Below are positions 40,320-50,243 of a DNA stretch of 64,000 bases, one piece after another. How positions within the stretch are numbered: position 1 is the stretch's first letter; each line of letters begins with the position of its first letter. The notes beneath the pieces are model-generated. The model was given only the letters and a program-made list of their open reading frames with translations. It had not been told where the DNA came from and searched no databases. The translations under genes were made by a program, and so were the position numbers. The stretch comes from Yuukianura sp. NJ FZ-2021 (taxonomy: Eukaryota), in contig CM102283.1 of assembly GCA_046563655.1 (NCBI GenBank), positions 8,122,001 to 8,186,000 on the forward strand, in the 5' to 3' direction.

Positions 40320-40757
40320 ATGCACAAAGCGTTGGGAATTCTCGTGTTTGGCTTGTTGTTGGACTTGATGCTTCTGCTAGACACGACTGCTGCCAGAGGT
40401 CCTCGCAGTATCGAGCCGTTCCGGAAGTATCAGCATCAAGTATCAAGTGGCAAAGTGACACTTTTGGACTCCAGAAGAATTCGGATCGAAGGATTCCGGT
40501 ATGACGGTGGAGCCAACAATGCTTTCTTCTGGGTCGGCCAAGGAAGTCGGCCGAATCGGAACGGAATGCAAATTCCAGATGAAAACGGGAAGTATGAACC
40601 ATTGCGAGGATACGACCGAGAGGACATCACGCTCACACTGCCCTCTGACCTCACTTTCAACGACATTGACTATCTGGCTGTATGGTGCAAACGATATGTT
40701 ACAAACTTTGGGCATGTCGTCATACCCAAAAATCTTGACCTTCCAAAATACAAGTAA
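40320..40757 (+). CDS. Secreted single DM13-domain protein (Skeletor/knickkopf-type DM13), 145 aa
   Basis: Intronless ORF from ATG 40320. Signal peptide MHKALGILVFGLLLDLMLLLDTTAA, then a DM13 pattern: HQVSSGKVTLLDSRRIRIEGFRYDGGANNAFFWVG...GMQIPDENG..PLRGYDREDITLTLP...IDYLAVWCKRYVTNFGHVVIP. AATAAA follows at ~40827. Confidence 0.88.
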   Translation: MHKALGILVFGLLLDLMLLLDTTAARGPRSIEPFRKYQHQVSSGKVTLLDSRRIRIEGFRYDGGANNAFFWVGQGSRPNRNGMQIPDENGKYEPLRGYDREDITLTLPSDLTFNDIDYLAVWCKRYVTNFGHVVIPKNLDLPKYK

Positions 40758-40859
40758 TTTGTACAAATGAAACTGAAAAACTTTCAAATTGAAAAATTCA
40801 ATGATCATGTTTTAAACAAAGTAACAATAAATAAACAAAATAATAAAAAACGTGAAATT

Positions 40860-41357
40860 TTAACCGCGACGACCTCCACCTCTGCCCCTCCCGCCGCCTC
40901 CACGGCGTCCTCCTCCTCCTCGTCTGCCTCCACCGTGGCCTCTGTGTCCACCGTGGCCGTGACCTCTGTGTCCACCGTGGCCTCTGTGTCCACCGTGATG
41001 ATGACCGCGATGACCGTGACTGTGGTGATGGTGATGATGATGGTGCCCTCTATTTAAGACTTGGCGGATCCGATTTCCCACAATCCTGCCAGCACCAGCT
41101 ACGTGATGGGGTCTTAGACATCGTCGTCCAAGCAGTTGCAGCTCGCGACATGACGTGCCAATGAAAATTTGTCGTTTCTCGCGCAGTCGCAGTACGTTGC
41201 TTTTTAAGGCATCTGATACTTCGTTGTCCGAGGAAACAAAAGATACTGCGCAACACAGGATGGACAGAACTACGAAAAATGTCACCTGGAAATAAAAATG
41301 TTGATTAAAACAAGTTAACAATTTAAATAGAAGTAAATGTTATTAAATTACCTTCAT
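40860..41357 (-). CDS. Orphan secreted His/Gly/Arg-rich prepropeptide, 143 aa (candidate antimicrobial or metal-binding peptide)
   Basis: Exon 1 41357-41352 (ATG AAG|GTAATT) and exon 2 41285-40860 (TTCCAG|GTG). MKVTFFVVLSILCCAVSFVSS (signal peptide), DNEVSDALKSNVLRLREKR (pro-piece with furin site), then QIFIGTSCRELQLLGRRCLRPHH...GHHHHHHHHSHGHRG(HGGHRG)n...GGRRGGGGRGRGGGRRG*. Confidence 0.8.
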
Positions 41358-42011
41358 TTTTGTGCCAATTTCAACCTCGCAACATGGCAGAGTCCAAAGA
41401 GTGACAAACGATGACTGTTGAAAACTGGCATCTGACAGTTGTGGAAAAATAAGTTGACTCAGCAGCAGTTTTATGCCTTGACACAAGTCAAATGCGGAAT
41501 GACTATGTGTGAATTATGGAAATCAGTTTAGTGAGAAACAAAGCCATTAAACCGTTGTTTTGCACTCAAAAATAGAGTACCCCGTTCTACGACGCAAACT
41601 GAGTTAACTGATCTTTCTTAATTTGAGGAAGTAAACTCAACTGCCGAAAACTGAGTTGAGGTCAGCATCAGCATTTCACATTTGAAATTAAATTCACCGA
41701 CTTGTGGATCGTAACTGTTTATATCAATCAAAATTCGAAATATTTTTGACGAGTATTAAACTAATAAATTGGTAAGTTCAAAGTGAATAGAAACTTTGAA
41801 AGTTACAACAAAAGAGTAAATATAAACAGCACATCAAAGTACGTACATCGCTATATACCAGTAAACGAATGTACTGAAATACGATACCGTTTGCCTTATG
41901 AATTGGTAATGGATTTCTACCCTCCAATCTCCAACTCAAGTGTCCAGTTAATTGTATAAGTTTAGGGTGACCTGACCTTACTTCGATGCTCCTGCTGCTC
42001 TGCTTAACTGT

Positions 42012-43119
42012 TTACTTTTTCCAGCCACGTTTCCATTTGTCAGCTTGGGAGAATTCAGTCATCGGTTTTCCTGAAACCCCGCAAGTTCCAATGCCAACAC
42101 GACCGTCCACAGTAGTCGGAGACGCAAAAATACTCTTTTTCTTGTTAAGCAGGCCTTTCTTGCTCTGCAAATATAACAACGAAATGTTCTGTTATTCCCA
42201 AAATTTACATGCATTTACTAAAAAAGTATAACATTATTAGCTTACTGCGAAGTTGCTCCATTTCTTCTTGTCCTTCTCACGTTCTGCTTCTTGCGTTTGG
42301 ACACGGGCTAGTTTCTTCTGTTTTCGCTTTTTGAGATACTCCTTCTGCTTCAGTAAAGCCGCTTTCCTGAAATTAAATTGTTAGTTCCTTGGTCTAGTAA
42401 ATGATCAGACTATCCGCTAATCAAGTGAAATGACTTACCTTTCGGCCAGGGATTCCTTGGGAGAGTTCTGGATAGTCTTCTTAGTGGCAGAAACAGCGGC
42501 AGCGGAACCTTTTGTAGCTGCCTTCTTCGGTGGAATTGAGACGTTAACGTCAGAGCCAACAGGCTTGATTAATGATATATGCGTTACATCTCCGTGAGAA
42601 TACGCCGTAAAACCTATTGAGACTTTACCATCAGGCTGAATTTCTTCTATGACAGCTTCATAGTACTTTCCGTCTTGTGGCCATGGTGCCAAGCATTTGT
42701 CTCCGACATTCCAATCTTCTGGGCCCTTCTCCTCCTCTTCTACTTGACAATAACAAAATTCAAAATCAAACCTTCTGAAAGCTATTCGGAGCTAAACATA
42801 TGCCATGCGACATATATCCAAATCCTTACCGTAATCCAAATATCCTGCTTCACTTGCTGAACTACTGGAGGGTTCGGAAGACTGCGACATAAGTTCCTTC
42901 GTCAGATCAATAACCTCTTGCAAGTCAGCTTTAAGTTTCTGTAGCTCGTCATTGTTCGGATCTGACGTAAGGGCTGCATCAACCTTAACATCAGAAAGAA
43001 TATCATTAATTATCCTAATGTAAATAATGGTAAGTAACACTAACAAGTCCAATGGACTTAATCGTTACCTGTTGAAGTTGGAGATAGTACGATTCCAAGT
43101 TCGTTTTTACGTCGTCCAT
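42012..43119 (-). CDS. SMNDC1: Survival of motor neuron-related splicing factor 30 (SPF30), ~260 aa
   Basis: Exons 43119-43069, 42983-42830, 42742-42439, 42366-42246, 42164-42012 (783 nt). N-terminus LESYYLQLQQVDAALTSDPNNDELQKLKADLQEVIDLT; Tudor domain WNVGDKCLAPWPQDGKYYEAVIEEI; C-terminus KSIFASP...GRVGIGTCGVSGKPMT. Confidence 0.95.
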
Positions 43120-44112
43120 TGTCAAAACCTTGAACTTGTTTCAACTTCAGTTAATTTATACCGAAAACGACTCCTAAATGAAATATTGTAAAGTATGCTG
43201 ACCCAGATGTTTAACTTTGAAACTTTTCCCTGAAAATGCTGTTTTAAAAAGTTGTTTTAAACACACGACTAAACAGCTGAACACGGAGAAAAATTCAAAT
43301 TTGAAAATTGATGATTGAAAGAGAAACTTTCAATATTTTTTTAGAACAAAAGAAAACACCTTTTGAAATTCCCGCTCAAAACAAAATGTCGCACAATGCC
43401 CCAATCTGATCCTACCAACTTCTCTGCTTTTTACAATGCAATACTAGAGAGTTGCATCCGTCGACGACTTTGGTTTGTTTAATTAGTTTAATAATTAAAC
43501 TAAATGATTAAATTAAATTAAATTGATTACTAATTTACTTTTTGAAATATAACCTACAGTAAATTTTGAGAAATATTTTTATACTTTCTTTCTAGTACAA
43601 CATCATAGAGTTTCTAAAAATTCAAAAAATTAACTCTTCGTTCTTCGACATTGTTCAATGACATCAATACCCCAACTACTGCAACTGAAAAAACATTGAC
43701 TGCGTATACTCTACGACAACAATTTAGTCTGTTTAGTTGAAAATCAGCAGTAGTTTAGCGTTAACTTAGGTTAGTACATTAGTTAGTAATTAAACTATAG
43801 CTTGGTAATCGCGACGCGATTTGTTATCCTGTGAAGCCTTCGCGTTAAGCCGGCATCGCCAAATGAATCTTTCAACTTTGTTAAATAGAAACTGCTTGCT
43901 TACACCATCATCATCGTTAATTCATGTTCCTTAAATCCTCAATGTCAAAGAGGTCACCACAAAGGGAATAATTCCCGTTGGAGAATAATTTAACAATTAA
44001 AATTAAAATTATACATTACAAACTATAGCGCTGTTGTGAAGCAGAAATGTATCTCTATAAGTAGAAAAAATCAACCGCCACCATGTTACGAGTAGGAGTG
44101 CCCTAATAAGTC

Positions 44113-47100
44113 TCACCCAATTAACGCTTCGTCCATAAGGTCATCGTCAATTGCATATGGCGACGGATGTGAATGTGGTGACTGGACTACCAAAGGACTT
44201 CGGAGTAGCCGAGCCGGAGAGTTCGGTTGTGGCGAATGCACAATATGAATATGCGATACAACTGGTACCGGTACCTGTCCTACCGCTGACGTCGGCACAC
44301 TCGACATCGCTGATACCGGAGAACCCGAAGACGATTCATCTGCAGTTGATCGTGGAGGTGGGGGTGGCATTGACTTATTATCGAGCTTATCTTCAACCGG
44401 ATTCATCGAAGCGGCAATTACATCCACTTTATCCTCACTGTTAGAAGCGATAGATAGTGGCGTAGGTAGATTTGATGGAATATCCATAACAAGTCCATCT
44501 TCATCGTCAACTTGCGGTGTTGGTTCAGATGAGATGATTACCGGAGTAGATGGACTTGGATCTGTACTTCCTGCCAATGGTGTAGTAGGAATCGTAGGTG
44601 TGGACTTACTCTCTTCAGTTTCGATTGGATTTGGATCAGGTGATTCCGGTGAAATGAAATCAGTTTTGACACTGGAAAGTGCGTTTAATCCTGGCAATGC
44701 TGCCGTCACTGCTGGTGCTGATGCTTGAGATCCTTGTGGAAGCTGAGACTCGTACTGAATTTCCGCCAGAAGTACTGGCGGCATTTCGTCACTCTTCTCC
44801 GCCGTTTCAACGTCAGATGCCAATGTCAAAGTAGGTGGATCTCGTTCCGTAGTTGGTTCAAATTCTGACTGACCTGGCATAGGCGGTGGAGTTTGAGAAG
44901 ATGGTGATTCTGAAGAGAATCCTTCTATATCTCTGTCTTTTTTGGACATAATCGATAGATCTTCCACTTTTTCCATCGATACGGGATTCATCACACTTCT
45001 AGATTTCTTCGGAATTTGAAACTTCGTGTCGAATTTTGGACCATCAAAGAGTCCAACTCCACCAGGCATAAACAGTTTCTTGGTCAAATCAATTTCTCCA
45101 TCTGACTTCGTTTTTGGTAAAAGTCCTCCGGTTGGACTTCCCTTCATGGCGGGAGATTTCGTCTGTCCAGGAACCAATCCTTCTTGTTTTAGTTTCTTTG
45201 TAGAACTCGCAGCATTTACTGGAGTCATCAACTTCGGTGAAGGAATTCTCGTTGGAGTAAGGCCTTTCTTTAGACTTGGAAGGGCCCCTGGGCCCTTGAT
45301 TCCATCCAGACTTTTCAGTTTTTCCTTTCCTTGGACTCCCTTGGTCTTATTAATCGTCAATTTAAGTCCATGTGATCCTCCTCCCGGTTTTATCATGTAC
45401 TCCGATCCAGGAAGATTTCCTGCCGTCGGACCAGAAGTCCCCGAACCGCTATTCTGTCCCTTGGATTTTGAATTTTCCGCTCCAGCAGTTTTCAACGTAT
45501 CAAGTTTTCCCAACTCCTTCTTCACGACTTCCTCTACAGAATGTTGAGATTTGAGTTTATCAATTACCGCCAAAAGTCCAGCTTTTTTCCCGCCCAAAGT
45601 TCCCGCCACTCCTGGTTTTTGTGCTTGGGCATTATTCTTAGCTTGATCTGCTTTGAAATTGACTTGCTCCACTTTTATACTTGTGTTTGATGATAACAAG
45701 TTTCCAATCGGTTCCAGTTTTGGTATTGGCAGACCATGATGATGGCCCAACTCCATTTTCATGCCAGAAGAACCCGATTGCTGCAATTTCTGCATTTTCG
45801 ACGCAGGTCCAACAGTACTCAGCTGTTTCTTGTCACGGTTCGGCTTTGCCTTTTGAGTTTGACCTTGCGACGACGGTTGTTGTTGCATCATGACACCACT
45901 GGAACCAGAAGGAGACGACGACGGAGATGCCGAAACAGACTTCAGAGTGGACACACTGGGCTTCCCGCCAGTAATTCCTTTTGAAATTGCCAGAGCTCCA
46001 GGAGACATGCCAACTCCTGTCTTATTCGACTTCGGCAGTACTGGTCTAGGAGTTAACGAATTCGAACGTTTGATAGTTCCCAAACCGCCGCCAGGTTTTG
46101 AAATTGTTTTCATCTGTAAGTTTCCAAACGGCAGATTCTTCGTTGATGGCGATCCGGATGCTGATCCAGCATCTTCCAACTTCCTCTTCCTCGAGTCCGT
46201 GTATTTCTTGGTACTTGAAGCATCACTTCGTTTTCCATCGGGTTCATCTGTCGTCGAGTTTTTCTTTACCAACGACGGTTTTGGCAGTATCGGAGTCACG
46301 GTAATTGAGTTTGGAATGTTAACTGGATTCGGCAGCGGTATAATTTCAATTCCAGGGCGCATTGAAGCCAAGATCGAATTCACAGTGACACTTGTGTTGC
46401 TTGATACTGGCGTTATACTTAGACTTGGAGTGACCATAGGCTTGAATCCATCTCCAGAGTGATCAAACAAGTTCTGAATCATTGTTCCATTTCCAGAATC
46501 TTTAGATGACGAGTCCAGTGACATAGAGCGTTTCAGTAGTTCTCTGTTTTTCTTGAGTGCCTTCATCGGGAACTTCCCGGGCACTTCGGATTCAATTTCA
46601 ATGTCGGAGTCATCCATACTTTGAAATTCTGAGCTCAAACTGCTTAGCATTTTGCTAAAAGTGGTGTCCACTCCTGGACCAACTGGAGTAATGTCAATAT
46701 TCCATCGTGGATCTCCGTCAAGTCCTAACTCTGGCAACATGTGTCCAACTGAATTACTGCCAGAAGTGGTCGTTGGAGTGCCTCCTCTAGGACTGGCTTC
46801 GTCTGATCCTTCACTAGGCCTTCTCTTAGGGCTCTGTTTGGCTGACGGGAGTCGGCTTTTCGGTGACGGCGATGGACTCGGTCGCGGCATACTGTTTGAA
46901 CCAGGCCCTGTGAAAACCAATTCAAAGAGTTTAGGGCACCTCAAATTAGACAAAACCGAGTAAATCATCAACTACCTACAAAAAAAAAGAAGAAAAAAAG
47001 TTAGAATGTCAGGTTTTGTCCAACTTCAAAAAAAAGTTTTTGAAAATGCTAGCAAACCTGATGACGAATCGCCGCCGGTCTTCCGTTTTCTCTTCCGGTT

Positions 47101-49610
47101 CTGCTGTCCCGCTTGATCCAGTAAGTTCATCAAAACAGCTGACGATTGGTTGGCTTGTTGCTGTTGATTTGAAATTTGACTTGCAAACATGTTCACGACA
47201 GAGGGATTGAAGTTGAGTTGGTTCAGATTTTGGAAGTTGGATAATGTAATGTAAGGTGAAACCAACTCCATTGGTGTTTGATTTGGAAATGTAGTTGTTT
47301 GAACAGAATTTACTGGAGATATTGTAAATGAGGAATTCGGCACAAGAGAACTGTTGGCCCAGTTCATAACCATTCCAGGAATATGTTGTTGGGTAGACTG
47401 ATGTTGTTGTTGTTGGTTATTCAAACGTTCAGATTCAGCAGCACAAGAAAAGTCACCTGACTGCCCCATGTTTGACTTTGGGTTGTAGGAAGAACCAACA
47501 CGAACGTTAAAACTTGGATTTGGCGGTTCAACTTTTACTCTCATCGACTGCCAACGACGAATGATAGCCCGCAATGTTATTGGAATGGACATTGTCCTAA
47601 AATTAAAAGAGTACGAAAGTTACATGTTATGTTTTATGTAAGTTAAGGTATGCATGTTATGTATGAGAAACTTGAATGATTTACCTGTGAACGACCTTAC
47701 ATGCATACTCCTCCAGGGTTGGTATGATGTCACTTGCGGTGGCCACTGCATGAAGATGACATTGAGGATGTGTGACATCCCGCAAGTCAAACTCCAATGT
47801 CACCAGTGTGTCTTCCAGTGGATGTTGAAAAGAAACAGTTAAGTTCTGATACGACAGTGCATTTACCTCAAAAACTATGGGATCAGGTGCTTCTTGACTG
47901 TCAGTACGGACACAACTGCCCACCAGAGTATTAAAAGCAAGTTGTTGTCGTAGTGTCGCAATTACTTGCGGAAGCTGGGAGGCCAGAGTGAAAGGAATGT
48001 TTGAAATCATCATTCCTTCCAGGTTATCCGTCTCTGTCATAAAATAATGGTGAGTTTGGCCCGGTAGAGTCTGAGAATTCAGAAATTGACACAAGTTATA
48101 GTCACGAGTTTAAAAATTGAGTAAGATTGATCTTACCACAAAAAGGCCTCTGGAATCGCAACAATCCAGCGAACCATTTGAAACGTGTTTCGTGATTAGG
48201 CTGAGAATTGGGGTCATCAACTCCGCTGAATCGACGAAACTGATTCCCGTTGTTGTCTGAATGGCTTGAATCAACTCTCGACATACCGGAATCGGATTCT
48301 GAAGTTTCACGGTAAAGCAAGCCTGGAGCCAAGTACTATTGGTGGCGTTGAGAGTTCCATATCGCGGGATACTGTAACATAGTGGAGTCATCACAAACTT
48401 AAGAGATTTAGATTAGCTTTAAGAATAAATTAGTATGTCTAAATCAAATCTGATATGTGTCAACTTCTTACCTTTTCCCATCAGCTGTTCTAGATATGGA
48501 CACTGTCGTGCTCATTTGTAGTTTCTGTGAGGTATACGGCTGAACCGAAACGGTAGCTACCGTTCCGAGTTGATGCTCCAGGATCGTGTTCAAATCGGTT
48601 GACATCACTTTCTTACTGTCCAAATCAACAAACTCGTACGGCGATATGTAGAACACAAGTTTAACCGGATGTCCTCCCTTCCTTGGTTGTAAAATTCCGA
48701 GTAGCGACTTCATCACAATCAATTCCCCATCCGTGAGTTGTGCATATGTGCTGGCCATAGCAGCGAGATCGCTTTCTAGAGCTTGTAAAGCAATGAACAC
48801 TTTGCTTTTCGTTTTCTTGTCAGCATTTAGCTGGTAAATTGAAGCCAGTCCTTCGAGATGAGCTGCCAAGTCAGTAAAGTTATGTTGCTGAAGGGACTGA
48901 ACTATTTCTGGACAACTCTGGAAGAAAAGCAAGAAGTGATAGTTGAATCGTGTAACGGTTAGTAGTACTAAATAGGACTGTTACCAGTTACCTGTTGTTC
49001 CGCTTTTCCTTCATGTTGTATCTTCACTTCCTGAACTACTCCATTGGAATCAATTAGAAGTTCCAAGTAAAACATATCCGTGGAAATGAACCACTCATTT
49101 CCGTTTGTGCCGGGCGCTGGCGTGAATTTAAGGCCCTGTTGACGAGTGACCATCTCCAGCTTCTCTACCATAGTTTGTAGACTGTTGACTTTGATGGACT
49201 GTAGAAATGAAAATGAGTGTAACATAGATTACTTATAATCGATTTCAATGTGATTAAAATTGGATATCGATAGCGGAATATGGTAAATGCTATTTCTATA
49301 CTTACCTTCTGAAGTTCGTCCAGACATCCTTGATTCTCCGACGGATCTACAATGCATCGACGTTCCTAAATATACACAAATAGCTCCTATAATGTCAACA
49401 TGACCTTTGCTTACTTGAACATTTGGAATAGAACCTTACCACCAACGAGGCTTTCACATTTTTAGCAGTTTCTAGCAGGGAACTTCCTTTAGCCTTCTGT
49501 CGGAGCTTTTGCATCAGCAGGTCAAGTTGCCACGCTGGAGTGGGCCCACTTTTGTTATCTGATGATGTTGGTCCCACTCCCGACGTTTCCCTGACGCGAC
49601 CAGGCTCCAT
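44113..49610 (-). CDS. MED1: Mediator of RNA polymerase II transcription subunit 1, ~1612 aa
   Basis: Exons 49610-49440, 49365-49306, 49198-48992, 48917-48472, 48371-48137, 48070-47685, 47596-47058, 46907-44113 (4839 nt). Med1 domain: SIKVNSLQTMVEKLE, FISTDMFYLE, HLEGLASIYQL, ALQALESDL, PRKGGHP, MSIPITLRAII. LxxLL motif (LMNLL), long S/P/K/G-rich disordered tail, and terminal IDDDLMDEALIG. Confidence 0.95.
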
Positions 49611-50243
49611 AACACTGTCTGACGGACTGCTTCCTTTGGGTCAGAGTTTAGGATTAAAAAGACAGTGACCTAGTCTTTTCCGTCGTCTGTGACTCGCAGC
49701 AGAACTTACTTGACAATCCTTCCTTCAGAAATCCTATACAAATGTAGCATTGATTAAGAACTACTAATTGAATCATGTCCAGGCGTTTCTCTAGTTATTT
49801 GGATCTTACCCTTCAAGTATCCAGTAGTAGGTTCACTGTCGTCCAAAAAACTCGACTCCACTATCCCGTCTTCCCGTGTTACGCTGAGAAACCTGAAAAC
49901 TTTAGATCTAATTATAATTATTAGCGTAAAAACAAATATTTTCAATTGACAGATTGATTTGTGTTTATTCGGTGTAAGAGTAAATACCGTACCTCGAAAT
50001 GTCGAATCCGGAATCCGGATGAGGACGGTATCGGTAGCGTACCGCGAATTCCGAAGGATTGTTATCATCAAATCATCTGCTCTGTCTCTGTCTCATCTCG
50101 ACTCTCGACTCATCTCTCTCAGATTCACTCACGCAGTCCTAGTGGATACATCTTCTCATTCTCATCCATAAACGAACTAAGAATCAGATGATTAACTAAT
50201 AAATTAATTAAGTTAGATAATTAATTCTTGACACTGCTCGAAC
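49611..50243. promoter_or_regulatory. Bidirectional promoter and 5' UTRs between MED1 and PIK3R4
   Basis: The divergent start codons (49610 minus, 50244 plus) have only 633 bp between them. Confidence 0.6.

Noticed and set aside
40767-41057. Plus-strand Ser/Thr/Ala/Val-rich ORF opposite the His-rich peptide
   Set aside because: Antisense reading of the GC-rich repeat. The minus strand carries the signal peptide, furin site and canonical intron.
43964-43976. Palindrome GGGAAT-A-ATTCCC (NF-kB-like) downstream of the MED1 stop
   Set aside because: Single short palindrome with atypical spacing in a probable 3' UTR; no supporting context.
44151-46963. Plus-strand ORFs up to 190 aa within the MED1 last exon
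   Set aside because: Antisense shadows of the Ser/Pro-rich MED1 tail.
46908-46977. Start of the 952-aa ORF at 46971 and upstream AG acceptors at 46977-46972
   Set aside because: Using these acceptors with the phase-1 donor at 47058 gives early stops. The in-frame acceptor is at 46909-46908, so the first ~21 residues of the ORF are intronic.
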